Below the pieces are notes generated by a model that saw nothing but the letters and a program-made list of their open reading frames with translations, was not told the origin of the DNA and made no database searches. Both the position numbers and the translations under genes were made by a program. Positions 9,655 to 19,930 of a DNA stretch of 64,000 bases are shown here, piece by piece. This DNA comes from Vulcanisaeta sp. AZ3 (GTDB lineage Archaea > Thermoproteota > Thermoprotei > Thermoproteales > Thermocladiaceae): contig JZWU02000003.1 in the NCBI GenBank assembly GCA_000960865.2, positions 11,250-75,249 of the forward strand, read 5' to 3'. Positions within the stretch are counted from its first letter, which is position 1. Each line of letters starts with the position of its first letter.

Positions 9655-10596
9655 TCATGATAATAGGGATATTAGGACAGCCTTAGCGGTGTGAAATCTA
9701 TTCTCTGCCTGATCCCAAACGACACTCTGAGGTCCATCAATTACTTCATCAGTAACCTCTAAGCCTCGGTGAGCAGGGAGACAATGCATGAAGACTGCTT
9801 GCGGCCCTGCCTTCTTCATAATCTCAGTATTAACTTGATAAGGCTTGAATACGTTCATTCTCTCCTCAGCCTCGACCTCCATACCCATGCTAACCCAAAC
9901 ATCGGTGTATATGGCATCAACACCCCTAACATCATCAGTATTGTCACTAATTACTATATTTGCACCGGTCTTCCTTAATTCCTCAGTTAGAGTTTCCATG
10001 AATTTCGTAGGCCAGTACTTCCTGGGCGAGATTACCCTAACTTCCCAACCAAGCTTAGCACCTATTATCATGAGTGAATGAGCCATGTTATTATCACCAT
10101 CACCCATGAAAGCCAACTTCAAACCGTCAAGCTTACCCTTAACTTCCCATAGGGTTAATGCATCAGCTAACACTTGTAATGGGTGCTCCTGATCACTTAA
10201 TGCATTTATTACCGGTGCAACTGCGTACTTCGCCATCTCTATTAGAGATTCATGCTTATAGACTCTGGCGGCTATGGCATCCACGAACCTATCCACGACC
10301 CTAGCAGTATCTGCTATTGCCTCACCACGACCTAACTGAAGCTCTTGGGGATTGGAGTAAATAACGTGCATACCCAATTGCGTAGCTGCCACATCCAGAC
10401 TAACCCTTGTTCTTGTGCTTGGCTTCTCAAATATCATAAGTAGAGTCTTACCCCTCAATACCTCACTGTATCTATCTCCTTGGTAATACCGAGATTTTAG
10501 ATCCCGGGATAAGGTCAATAGGTATTTTATTTCGTCCGCTGTGTAGTCCATCAGTGTTATGAAATCCCTACCCTTAAGTGCTTTCGTGTTTGTCAT
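9655..10596 (-). CDS. argF: ornithine carbamoyltransferase
   Basis: FEKPSTRTR, HPLQVLAD, YTDVWVSMG, FMHCLPAHRG, DQAENR. Confidence 0.96.
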   Translation of the reverse strand: MTNTKALKGRDFITLMDYTADEIKYLLTLSRDLKSRYYQGDRYSEVLRGKTLLMIFEKPSTRTRVSLDVAATQLGMHVIYSNPQELQLGRGEAIADTARVVDRFVDAIAARVYKHESLIEMAKYAVAPVINALSDQEHPLQVLADALTLWEVKGKLDGLKLAFMGDGDNNMAHSLMIIGAKLGWEVRVISPRKYWPTKFMETLTEELRKTGANIVISDNTDDVRGVDAIYTDVWVSMGMEVEAEERMNVFKPYQVNTEIMKKAGPQAVFMHCLPAHRGLEVTDEVIDGPQSVVWDQAENRFHTAKAVLISLLS

Positions 10597-10748
10597 GGCT
10601 ATGGAATTAACACCGGGGCTTTAAAGCATGACCTTAAGCTTATTGTTAATCCATTTACGAAGTCAATCCCATAGCCTCACTAATTTTCCCTATGAATACG
10701 CGTCTAATAGGCTTAAGGTTTTTAATAAATTAATGATGAGACAATACC

Positions 10749-11858
10749 GTGGCCAGAAATAGGAATGAAGTATTGAAGGCCCTTGAGGATTGGGGATATT
10801 CCGTAACTAATATGGTGTTAAACAATGAGGAGCCTATGCTAGACATACCAGCAAGGACTCTTAGTAATACTATTTGGGATGAGAAGAGGAGAATGTTAAT
10901 TCTAGGTCCTGAGAGAATGAAGAGGAGGTTTCTAGATCTCAAGGAGTCCAAGAGGTTTATGCAAACAATGTTAATGCTTAAATTAATAGTGCAGTCAATT
11001 AGGGAGGGAGTCTACCCAACAATAAGAGATCTTTATTACAATGGTAAGCACACTATAGAGTTTAAGGCTGATGCAATAAATAAGGTGATTAGAGAGAATA
11101 CTTGGGATGAGCAATCAGAGTCTAATGCAGTGATTGAGGATATCGAGGTAGCTACAGGCATGCTTAGGGAGGAGACGGGGCTTTCGGCTGATGTTAAGGG
11201 TAAGGTAGTTGGGCCTATAATTGTTAGGTCGAAGGGTTTCGAGATAGATGCCACAAAGCTTGGGGACACAGCATTAAGCCTGCCACCAAATCCTGATGAT
11301 TTAGACATTGTTAAGGTTGAGGCTAATTATGTATTGGTTGTTGAAAAGGACGCAATATTCCAAAGGCTCAATAGGGAGGGATTTTGGAATAAGGAGGGTT
11401 GTTTATTGATAACTGCGAAGGGAATGCCTGACAGAGCCACTAGGAGGTTTGTGAGAAGGCTTAATGAGGAGTATGGATTACCGATTTACGTATTGACCGA
11501 TGGTGATCCATATGGTTGGTATATCTATAGTGTGTATAAGAGTGGTTCTATAAAACTGAGTTACGAAAGCGATAGATTGGCGACCCCCAATGCTAAATTC
11601 ATAGGTGTTACGGCAACTGATATACGAAGTTATAAAATTAGTGATGAATATGTGATTAAGGCAACGGATAGAGACTTAAAGAGGGCTCAGGAACTTCTTA
11701 AGTACCCATGGTTCCAAAGCGATCGCTGGAAGAAGGAGCTTGAGCTTTTTCTGAGAAGTAAGAAGAAGGTTGAGATTGAGGCTTTATCAACTCATGGGCT
11801 CAAGTTCTTACATGATTATCTAATTGATAAGATTCACGGAAATAAGATCATTGATTAG
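10749..11858 (+). CDS. top6A: DNA topoisomerase VI subunit A
   Basis: TIRDLYY (catalytic Tyr), VLVVEKDAIF, TAKGMPD, TDGDPYG toprim motif, KVEIEAL. Confidence 0.95.
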   Translation: MARNRNEVLKALEDWGYSVTNMVLNNEEPMLDIPARTLSNTIWDEKRRMLILGPERMKRRFLDLKESKRFMQTMLMLKLIVQSIREGVYPTIRDLYYNGKHTIEFKADAINKVIRENTWDEQSESNAVIEDIEVATGMLREETGLSADVKGKVVGPIIVRSKGFEIDATKLGDTALSLPPNPDDLDIVKVEANYVLVVEKDAIFQRLNREGFWNKEGCLLITAKGMPDRATRRFVRRLNEEYGLPIYVLTDGDPYGWYIYSVYKSGSIKLSYESDRLATPNAKFIGVTATDIRSYKISDEYVIKATDRDLKRAQELLKYPWFQSDRWKKELELFLRSKKKVEIEALSTHGLKFLHDYLIDKIHGNKIID

Positions 11859-11924
11859 AACGATTAACATAACTACACTTGATTGTTGTCTTTTTAAAGG
11901 CGTGTCAAGCTTGTAATTACTGTA

Positions 11925-12896
11925 ATGCTTGTTGATAATTATGGAAGGCCATGGCTTAAGCTTAGGATTGTCGTTAATAGCATATGTAATTATAGATGCT
12001 TATTTTGCCATTTTGAAGGGCAGAGTAAGTTTCTGAATAGGGAGTTAAGTGCTGAGGATATCGGTTTTGTAGCTTCTGTAGCCAAGGAGCTCGGGGTTGA
12101 GGATTTCAAGATCACTGGTGGTGAACCCTTACTACGTAGGGATATTGTTAAGGTTGTTGATGAATTAAATAGTATTCATCCTAAGGATATATCAATGACC
12201 ACCAACGGCTACCTCCTAGATATATATGCAAAGGATCTGCATAATCACGGACTACAGAGACTCAACATATCGCTGCACTCCCTTGATAGGAGAAAGTATA
12301 AGTTCATAACTGGGATTGATGCATTAGACAAAGTACTCGATAATATTGATTACATAAGTAACCTAGGCTTTAAGCAAGTGAAACTAAATGTTGTTGTCCT
12401 TAAGGGATTAAACACCTATGAATTACCCATGATGATTAGATTCGCCGCAAAATACGGCTTCATACTGCAACTCATAGAGTTAATGCCTATGGGTGATGGC
12501 TTTCCCGTGTTTGCTAAGTATTATGATGATTTAAGTGAGATAATTAATTGGCTTAATAGGCATGGTAAGTTGATAGGCACAAGGAAGGACCTACATAATA
12601 GACCTATCTTTGAGGTTGATGGTGTTAGAGTGGAGATAGTGAAAAACTATAATAACCCAACCTTTTGCGCAGGCTGTACCACAATGAGATTAACGAGTGA
12701 TGGAAAACTAAAGACTTGTCTCTACAAGGAGCCTGTGATCGATTTATGGCCATACATAAGGGCGAGAGATAGAGAAGGCTTGAGGAAGGCTATCATTTAT
12801 GCGAATTACTTAAGGAGACCTAACTTTATTGAGAATTCATTAAGCGATCTTGGAGGAATTAGAATTAGGATTCGTATTGATAATTCTCCTCAATGA
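11925..12896 (+). CDS. moaA: GTP 3',8-cyclase (molybdopterin biosynthesis)
   Basis: DNYGRP, CNYRCLFC radical-SAM motif, TGGEPLLR, FCAGCTTMRLTSDGKLKTCL. Confidence 0.93.
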   Translation: MLVDNYGRPWLKLRIVVNSICNYRCLFCHFEGQSKFLNRELSAEDIGFVASVAKELGVEDFKITGGEPLLRRDIVKVVDELNSIHPKDISMTTNGYLLDIYAKDLHNHGLQRLNISLHSLDRRKYKFITGIDALDKVLDNIDYISNLGFKQVKLNVVVLKGLNTYELPMMIRFAAKYGFILQLIELMPMGDGFPVFAKYYDDLSEIINWLNRHGKLIGTRKDLHNRPIFEVDGVRVEIVKNYNNPTFCAGCTTMRLTSDGKLKTCLYKEPVIDLWPYIRARDREGLRKAIIYANYLRRPNFIENSLSDLGGIRIRIRIDNSPQ

Positions 12897-13218
12897 CTCT
12901 CTTCTCAAGTATATACTTAATACCCCTATAACTACTGATCAATTCTATCATAATCTCGATGGGCCTAATGGACTTTATGACTTCATTCATTATCTCGTTT
13001 ATCAAATCCTCATGATAAATAACTCTACCCTTAAATCCATCCAAGTAGTCCTTCAGACTACCTAGTTCTAAGTATACACAATTCTTATCATTACACCTAG
13101 GCCTATACGTAATTCTAATGGTATAATCATCAATGCTATTATCAACAGGGCACACAGCTGTGAATCTAGATTCAATCTCAACATTATTAACGGGCTTGGC
13201 AATTACGACCGTAATCAT
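12865..13218 (-). CDS. QueF-like (QueF-L) archaeosine synthesis amidinotransferase
   Basis: Short T-fold protein with AVCPV..IDDY (catalytic Cys/Asp) and IYHEDL; lacks the full NADPH-binding QueF motif, as in crenarchaeal QueF-L. Confidence 0.75.
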   Translation of the reverse strand: MITVVIAKPVNNVEIESRFTAVCPVDNSIDDYTIRITYRPRCNDKNCVYLELGSLKDYLDGFKGRVIYHEDLINEIMNEVIKSIRPIEIMIELISSYRGIKYILEKRVIEENYQYES

Positions 13219-13745
13219 CTACTGAGCAGTATACCCTCAATATTTATACATAATCCTCTCTCAATGCATAACTTCCTAATCATTCCTCTCAACTTCTCGA
13301 GCTCTGTCTCATTTATCCACACATTAACCAACTCCTCATCACCTGAGAGAAAGGTTACTGACCAAGTATTAAACCTAGGTATGTTGAGTCTAGGTATGTT
13401 GGGTATGATTTTCACGCCTCTTAATTTGACAGTATTTATAACGGGCCTAGTTCTAATCCTAGTTAATCTATGTATTGGTAGTTCCACTCTTTCGGAACCT
13501 CTAATCACCATTACACGGTCTACATATATCGCAACTTCATTTCTCTTAATGGTTCTCTTAGCTAGAATCATAATTAAGGCTATGAATATTGGTGGTACGG
13601 AGGCTATCACTGAGTCGATTATTGAGCGCGTAATTACGTATATGGCGATTAAACCCACCAGCATTAGAGTAATAATTATATATGCCGATAACGTGACAGC
13701 AAAAGCCGGATCCTCAACCACATGCCATAGAGGCCTATCGCTCAT
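13215..13745 (-). CDS. hypothetical membrane protein (two TM helices plus soluble domain)
   Basis: Two hydrophobic helices then a beta-rich region; 4-bp overlap with the QueF-like gene. Confidence 0.7.
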   Translation of the reverse strand: MSDRPLWHVVEDPAFAVTLSAYIIITLMLVGLIAIYVITRSIIDSVIASVPPIFIALIMILAKRTIKRNEVAIYVDRVMVIRGSERVELPIHRLTRIRTRPVINTVKLRGVKIIPNIPRLNIPRFNTWSVTFLSGDEELVNVWINETELEKLRGMIRKLCIERGLCINIEGILLSR

Positions 13746-13778
13746 TACTAATTAAATTATTAACGCTGCATTAATAAT

Positions 13779-14648
13779 TTATTCCACGAATTCATTTAAC
13801 CCAGTCCTGTTTACAGGCATTCTCCAATCGATACCGAGAGTCCTCATACTAACCCTAGTAATTATTGGAGTCCTCCTCTTATGTTCACTATTCAGAACTC
13901 TACGCCAAACAGCTTGAACAAATTCGAGAGGCTTACCAGTAGCCACCGCAGCTTGCTCCTCATTCATCCTATAATCAACCAATGCATGCAGTATAACATC
14001 AACATCCTCATATTTAACACCCAACTCACCCTCGGCTGTCTGTCCCTCCCAAAGCCTTGGACTTGATGGCTTGAAGGTAATACGGTCAGGTAAACCTAGG
14101 TATCTTCCCAAGTACCTCACCTGGGTTTTGTATAAGTCACCAATGGGTAGTATGTCGACACCTCCATCACCATATTTCGTATAGTAACCAATGAGTAACT
14201 CGCTCTTATCACCAGTACCGGCAACAACCTTATTGAACTTATTAGCAAAGTAGTAAAGTATGGTCATCCTAATCCTAGGCAATAAATTACCCGCAGAAAT
14301 CCTATCACTCTCATCAAACACTGGTATTGACCTCACAAAGGCACTCCTAATGTCATTAATGTCTATGTGATAATACTTAATGCCCAAGGTCTCAGCTATG
14401 AACTTAGCATCCTCAATATCCTCAGGGGGCGTTGTCTTGTACGGCATAATTAAGCCTATAACATCCTCATTACCCAAGGCCTTAACTAGTAGACATGTTG
14501 TGACACTTGAATCAACACCGCCGCTAAGTCCAATCACAGCACCTGTAGCTCCTGAATCTCTTATGTAGGACCTAATGAAATCGGAAATTCTTCTAACAAC
14601 ATATTCATAGTCAATTCTTATTAAATCCTCAAGCGTTATTCTAGGCAT
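13779..14648 (-). CDS. nadE: NAD+ synthetase, single-domain
   Basis: GLSGGVDS, GNLLPRIRM, GTGDKSE..GYYTKYGDG, PIGDLYKTQV, KPSSPRLW, SEHKR. Confidence 0.96.
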   Translation of the reverse strand: MPRITLEDLIRIDYEYVVRRISDFIRSYIRDSGATGAVIGLSGGVDSSVTTCLLVKALGNEDVIGLIMPYKTTPPEDIEDAKFIAETLGIKYYHIDINDIRSAFVRSIPVFDESDRISAGNLLPRIRMTILYYFANKFNKVVAGTGDKSELLIGYYTKYGDGGVDILPIGDLYKTQVRYLGRYLGLPDRITFKPSSPRLWEGQTAEGELGVKYEDVDVILHALVDYRMNEEQAAVATGKPLEFVQAVWRRVLNSEHKRRTPIITRVSMRTLGIDWRMPVNRTGLNEFVE

Positions 14649-14836
14649 TAATTAAAACACAATCCGGGTATTTAAAAACCAATCATAAATAATCAGTTAG
14701 GTCTCCATAATAATCAGTGCCAGATATGTCATGAATATCCTTCCCATACGCTCAATCTGTATCCTAATGGAGGTATGAGGTATACAATTATTTTGGCGAA
14801 TCAACTTTATAATTTAGTTCTTAATCAATTCTTTTT

Positions 14837-15730
14837 GTGCTTAGGTTTCATCTGCTTCAGTTCAGTAGTAAGTTAGGGGACGTGGGGTTTAACCTTAATA
14901 GATTAATTAAGTATATGGAGGTTAATTGTAAGGGTGATGGTGCTGATGTCCTAATTACACCGGAACTTTATCTCCCAGGTTATATGTCTAAAGACATATT
15001 CTTCCAAATTGCTGAACCAATAAATGGAAAGACAATTACAAAGCTCGTACTAGAGGCTAAGAGGAGGAATTGCCATTTAATAACCGGCTTTGCCGAGAGA
15101 GATGAGAGGACTCACGTACTTTACAACACCGCAGTTGCTATAGGCCCGGATGGCGTGCTTGCTGTTTATAGGAAGAGGCATTTACCGACATATGGCGTTT
15201 TCGATGAGTATAGGTATTTCGGTATTGGTAAAGGTGATGTGCCAGTTATAGACATTAATGGACATAGGGTAGGTTTGGCAATATGTTATGATGCATTTTA
15301 TCCAGAGGTCTCGAGGGTGATGATGCTAAAGGGCGCTGAGGCTCATGTTTACATAAGTGCAGCTCCTGATATGTCTAGGGTTCATTTTGAAACATTTATG
15401 GTAGCCAGGGCTCTAGAGAACGTGGCCTATACTGTTTATGTGAATACTGTTGGGCAGTATGATGGACTTGGCTTCTTTGGCGGTAGTCACGTAGTTAATC
15501 CCTTGGGCGTGGTACTTACCAAGGCTAAGTATTATGAGGAGGATATTAAGATTATAGAGATCGACCCAAGTGATATCGTTAATTACAGGAGCCATAGACC
15601 AATACTCAAGGACTTAGATCCAACAGACATAGATCTAACCGTCAAGGCCTTAAATGAGTATCTAACGCCTAAATCACCAATAATTAAGGTTAAGGAAGAA
15701 GAAATACTAACTCCCTCTAGTCCCAAATAA
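14837..15730 (+). CDS. carbon-nitrogen hydrolase (nitrilase superfamily); candidate glutaminase partner of NadE
   Basis: E-K-C triad: TPELYLPGY, YRKRHLPTYGVFDEYRYF, AICYDAFYPE. Confidence 0.9.
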   Translation: MLRFHLLQFSSKLGDVGFNLNRLIKYMEVNCKGDGADVLITPELYLPGYMSKDIFFQIAEPINGKTITKLVLEAKRRNCHLITGFAERDERTHVLYNTAVAIGPDGVLAVYRKRHLPTYGVFDEYRYFGIGKGDVPVIDINGHRVGLAICYDAFYPEVSRVMMLKGAEAHVYISAAPDMSRVHFETFMVARALENVAYTVYVNTVGQYDGLGFFGGSHVVNPLGVVLTKAKYYEEDIKIIEIDPSDIVNYRSHRPILKDLDPTDIDLTVKALNEYLTPKSPIIKVKEEEILTPSSPK

Positions 15731-15784
15731 CGAGTCTTCTTGAGAATCGAATGTTTTTGATATTCCGTTTAACCTTTTAACCTT

Positions 15785-17032
15785 CTACTTTAATTGGTCA
15801 ATTATTTCTATTAGTGCATCACCAAACTCCTTCGTACCTAATGGCTGAACACCCATAAACCTGGCTAAGTCCTGAGTTACTCTCTTCTGATTCACAGCCT
15901 CATTTATTGCCTTGTCAATAAGATCCGCAGCCTCCCTCCATCCCATAAACCTCAGCATTAACTCACCACCCCTAATAATACCTGTTGGATTAGCCACATT
16001 CTTACCCGCATACTTGGGTGCAGTCCCGTGGACTGCCTCAAACATACCACCAGTATCACCAACATTAGCACCACCCAACACGCCTATATCACCTATGAGA
16101 GCTCCCGCCGCATCACTTATGTAATCACCATTTAGGTTTGGTGCAAGTATTACGTCATAATTCTCAGGTCTTGTTATTATTTGCTGGAACATATTATCTG
16201 CGATTCTATCATTAACTAAGATCTTGCCAGGTGGCACCTTACCACCATAGACCTTATTAACCTCATCTTCAGTGACCACGTAATCTCTAAACTCCTTAAG
16301 AACAATCTCATAAGCCCACTCCCTAAAGGCACCCTCAGTATACTTCATTATGTTTCCTTTATGCATGATAGTCACGGACCTCCTTTTATTATCAATGGCA
16401 AACTTAAAAGCAAACCTGGCAACTCTCTGAGTCTTATACTTACTAATTGGTTTAATGCCTATTCCAGTGTCATCCTCAATCTCAACCTTAAGTTCCTCTC
16501 TAAGGATCTTCCTCAACTTAGCCGCTTCAGGGCTGTCCCAACTCCACTCAATGCCGCGGTATAGGTCGTCTGTATTCTCCCTAATTATCACTAAATCAAT
16601 TCTCTCTGGATGCTTAAGTGGTGACTCCAGACCTGGCATATACTTAACGGGTCTTACATTAGCATAAGCATCCAGGAGCATCCTAATGGCTACGTTTATT
16701 GACCTCCAACCACCACCGATAGGAGTCTCTAGAGGACCCTTAAGGACAACCCTATACTTATTTATTAGATTTACTGTTTCCTCGGGAAATCTATTGCCAT
16801 AAATTCTCTCAGCCTCCTCACCAGCATATACCTTAGCCCACTTAATCTCCCTGGAACTTCCGTAAGCTCTCTCCACAGCCTTATTAATCACTTTAATAGC
16901 TACATTGGTAATCTCAGGGCCTATACCATCACCCTCTATGTAGAGTATTATCGGTTTATTGGGAACTCTCCAAACGCCACCCTGCGCGATGATGGGCTCG
17001 CCATCATCAGGTATTTTCACCCTAGATGCCAT
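15785..17032 (-). CDS. icd: isocitrate dehydrogenase (NADP)
   Basis: IEGDGIGPEI, KGPLETPIGGG, RENTDDLY, HKGNIMKYTEG, NLNGDYISD, EAVHGTAPKYAG. Confidence 0.96.
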   Translation of the reverse strand: MASRVKIPDDGEPIIAQGGVWRVPNKPIILYIEGDGIGPEITNVAIKVINKAVERAYGSSREIKWAKVYAGEEAERIYGNRFPEETVNLINKYRVVLKGPLETPIGGGWRSINVAIRMLLDAYANVRPVKYMPGLESPLKHPERIDLVIIRENTDDLYRGIEWSWDSPEAAKLRKILREELKVEIEDDTGIGIKPISKYKTQRVARFAFKFAIDNKRRSVTIMHKGNIMKYTEGAFREWAYEIVLKEFRDYVVTEDEVNKVYGGKVPPGKILVNDRIADNMFQQIITRPENYDVILAPNLNGDYISDAAGALIGDIGVLGGANVGDTGGMFEAVHGTAPKYAGKNVANPTGIIRGGELMLRFMGWREAADLIDKAINEAVNQKRVTQDLARFMGVQPLGTKEFGDALIEIIDQLK

Positions 17033-17085
17033 CTGGTTTGTTTATCTCTTTACGCTTTTAAGTTTTTAATAATCCAATAAACACT

Positions 17086-17919
17086 GTGATCTCACGAAAA
17101 GCAACATTATACCTAGTTGGACTAGGCTTAAGCGCTGGGAACATTACAGTGGAGGCTCTCGACTTAATAAAGAAAGTCGATTCTATATTCCTAGAGACCT
17201 ATACCTCAAAAGCACCAGGCGACTTAATCAATCGCATTATGGAGATAAGGAGTGATACTAGGTCTGTGACTAGAAGAGATCTTGAAGATAGGGAGGGAGA
17301 GGCTCTTATTAATGAGTTGAGTAAGGGGCATGATGTAGCTCTACTAGTCATTGGGGATCCTATGATTGCAACAACTCACGCAGCATTAGCCGTAACAGTC
17401 AAGAGAAGGGGATTCAATGTTAGGGTTGTTAATTCCGTAAGTATAATATGTGCATTATTAAACCAACTAGGGCTCTCACCATATAAGCTGGGCCTGATGG
17501 CAACAATTACATACCCAAGGATGGGAGTACTGAGTATGAGGGCTTATGATGTACTCCTTGATAACCTAAGACGCGGGCTGCATACAATTTTATTGCTCGA
17601 TATTAGGGATGATGGGGGGTTTATGGATGTGAAAGATGCTGCAAATATACTCATTAGGATGGAGAATAATAGGGGGCTTGGTGTGATCAATGAGAAATTG
17701 TTGGTTATTTACGCAGCGAGGATTGGGTGGGAGGACCAGGAAATAGTAGGATCAACAATAAAAGCAGTGCCTAACCTAGGGGATCCACCGCATACCATAG
17801 TGATACCCGGTATACTCAATCCTGTGGAGATTGATTACCTAGTCCATGTAATTGGTATTAATAATGATTTAGTACTTAATCACATGAAGTTTGTTGAAGA
17901 GTTCACGAGGAGGACATGA
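17086..17919 (+). CDS. dph5: diphthine synthase
   Basis: LYLVGLGL, LETYTS, GDPMIATTH, GLHTILLLDI, PPHTIVIPG. Confidence 0.93.
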   Translation: MISRKATLYLVGLGLSAGNITVEALDLIKKVDSIFLETYTSKAPGDLINRIMEIRSDTRSVTRRDLEDREGEALINELSKGHDVALLVIGDPMIATTHAALAVTVKRRGFNVRVVNSVSIICALLNQLGLSPYKLGLMATITYPRMGVLSMRAYDVLLDNLRRGLHTILLLDIRDDGGFMDVKDAANILIRMENNRGLGVINEKLLVIYAARIGWEDQEIVGSTIKAVPNLGDPPHTIVIPGILNPVEIDYLVHVIGINNDLVLNHMKFVEEFTRRT

Positions 17920-18174
17920 TTAGTGAGGTACATTCCTACGGAAAATAACCACGCCATCCTTCCTCCTAATTTCTACAACCCTATGGTATGGTATATAGGT
18001 CTCTCTACCATCCTTACCTACGTAGGTAAACCCATCCCTACTTATGGCAGTTAACCTAGATAAATCAATAACTTCCTCATTGTTTGGTGAGCCTCTCGAT
18101 ACATAAATCAACATGTGATTATCTAATTGATTAGTCCATTTCAATTTATTGAGTATATCCCTAATTGTTACCAC
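17920..18174 (-). CDS. UPF0248/DUF504 (MJ1316-like) small protein
   Basis: IRDILNKLKW...YVSRG...YIPYHRVVEI pattern. Confidence 0.8.
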   Translation of the reverse strand: MVTIRDILNKLKWTNQLDNHMLIYVSRGSPNNEEVIDLSRLTAISRDGFTYVGKDGRETYIPYHRVVEIRRKDGVVIFRRNVPH

Positions 18175-18256
18175 ACATTGATTACACTATGCAACTATTT
18201 ATTATTAAACCTATGACTCCCTAATTCTTATTAAGTACTTAATTCGTTAGTACCCA

Positions 18257-19282
18257 ATGACTGAACCGTGCATCTTCATAAGTAGGAGTAATCTACCTAG
18301 CATAATTTACTATGAACTGAATAAACTACCCGTTGAGATTAGGATGTGGAGAGAGACGGGGCCCATGTGGAGTAAGTCTGCATCACCTCCCAGGGAGGTT
18401 TGGATTGATGTCTTTAGAAACTGCGTGGGTGCCATCGTAACCCTTGGTGACATTATTGACAAGTCCCTAATTAATGAGACTGGTAAGTTAATAGCAATAA
18501 GTACATATAGTGTAGGTACAGACCACATAGATCTCAAGGCCGCTACGGAAAAGGGTATCTATGTAACTCACACACCTGAGGTTCTCGTTGACGCAGTTGC
18601 AGATCTAACAATGGGGCTCCTAATATCCCTGGCTAGAAAAATCGTACTGAGCGATGGGTTAGTTAGAGAGGGTAAGGTCTACGATAACTGGGGTTGGGTG
18701 TTGGGTAATGAGGTTCATGGAGCTACCCTAGGCATAATTGGGCTGGGAAACATTGGGACCGCAGTGGCTAGGAGAGCCTTGGCGTTTGATATGAGGGTTA
18801 TTTATTGGTCTAGGACGAGGAAGCCCCAGGTTGAGTTTGCCCTGGGTATTGAGTATAGACCTCTCGAGGCATTATTGACCGAAGCCGATTACGTAGTGAT
18901 TACTGTCGCAGCCACACCGGAGACTAGGCATTTAGTTAATGAGGAGAGACTTAAGTCTATGAAGAGAGGTTCGTACTTAATAAACGTGGCTCGTGGTGAC
19001 GTGGTGGATACTCAGGCACTAATAAAAGCGTTGAAGGAGGGTTGGATAGCAGGTGCGGCCTTAGACGTGTACGAAGAGGAACCCCTACCGAGTACTCATG
19101 AACTTACGAAATTCGAAAACGTAATCTTAACACCACACATAGGCTCCGCCACTGTACAAACTAGGAATGCTATGGCTGAGGTGGCTGTTAGAAACATGAT
19201 AAATATCCTCATGGGCAAAAAACCACTTTACCTAGCCAACCCAGAGGTGCTTTCAATAAGACCTCTGGAACCAATTATTTAA
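18257..19282 (+). CDS. gyaR: glyoxylate reductase-like D-2-hydroxyacid dehydrogenase
   Basis: SVGTDHID, GIIGLGNIG, INVARG, LDVYEEEP, TPHIGSA. Confidence 0.88.
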   Translation: MTEPCIFISRSNLPSIIYYELNKLPVEIRMWRETGPMWSKSASPPREVWIDVFRNCVGAIVTLGDIIDKSLINETGKLIAISTYSVGTDHIDLKAATEKGIYVTHTPEVLVDAVADLTMGLLISLARKIVLSDGLVREGKVYDNWGWVLGNEVHGATLGIIGLGNIGTAVARRALAFDMRVIYWSRTRKPQVEFALGIEYRPLEALLTEADYVVITVAATPETRHLVNEERLKSMKRGSYLINVARGDVVDTQALIKALKEGWIAGAALDVYEEEPLPSTHELTKFENVILTPHIGSATVQTRNAMAEVAVRNMINILMGKKPLYLANPEVLSIRPLEPII

Positions 19283-19333
19283 GTGTCGATGAATAGTATT
19301 TATTAATGTTTTAACTATCATAATTAGAACTTA

Positions 19334-19930
19334 ATGGAGAACCTTAACATTGCGCCAAGATTAAGGAGCATTGTAAAAAATGAAAGGCCAAAACCAAACG
19401 ATAATGAACATTCTTGGGCTGCCGTTGCCATAATCTTTAACCCATGCATAAATGCAGTGCTAATTGGAAAAAGAACAAATAATCCAAACGACCCGTGGAG
19501 CGGTGATGCAGCCTTCCCCGGAGGTAGATATAAACCAAATAAGGACTTGGACCTCGTTGATACAGCAATTAGGGAGGCTAGGGAGGAGGTTGGGCTCGAC
19601 CTAACTAAGGATGCTGATTTATTGGGCGTCCTTGATCCAATATCTCCAAGCAATGCACCTGATATTAAAGTTCTACCCGTAATATTCATATTAAGGAAAT
19701 GCGATCCGCCACTGATCATCAACAAGGCAGAGCTATCTAAAGTATTTTGGTTGTATATAAAGGATGCACCTAATTACGTCAAAACTAACACTAACATAAA
19801 GGGTACATTAAGACCTGCCATAATAATTGGTGATATAACAATATGGGGTATGACGTATAGAATATTACGTAGAATACTCAAAAATGCCCTCAATATCGAT
19901 TTACCAAAAGATCCCCGAGATATTGACTAA
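19334..19930 (+). CDS. Nudix hydrolase, CoA-pyrophosphatase-like
   Basis: DPWSGDAAFPGG plus Nudix box TAIREAREEVG; IWGMT near the C-terminus. Confidence 0.88.
   Translation: MENLNIAPRLRSIVKNERPKPNDNEHSWAAVAIIFNPCINAVLIGKRTNNPNDPWSGDAAFPGGRYKPNKDLDLVDTAIREAREEVGLDLTKDADLLGVLDPISPSNAPDIKVLPVIFILRKCDPPLIINKAELSKVFWLYIKDAPNYVKTNTNIKGTLRPAIIIGDITIWGMTYRILRRILKNALNIDLPKDPRDID

Noticed and set aside
10733-10786. ATGATGA...CAGA...ATGAAGT...TTGA as a possible C/D sRNA over the top6A start
   Set aside because: Three of four boxes are degenerate, and the TATA spacing fits the top6A GTG rather than an sRNA.
14692-14735. Two minus-strand CTGA boxes in the nadE-nitrilase intergenic region
   Set aside because: No convincing C or C' box, and the D'-to-D spacing is too short.
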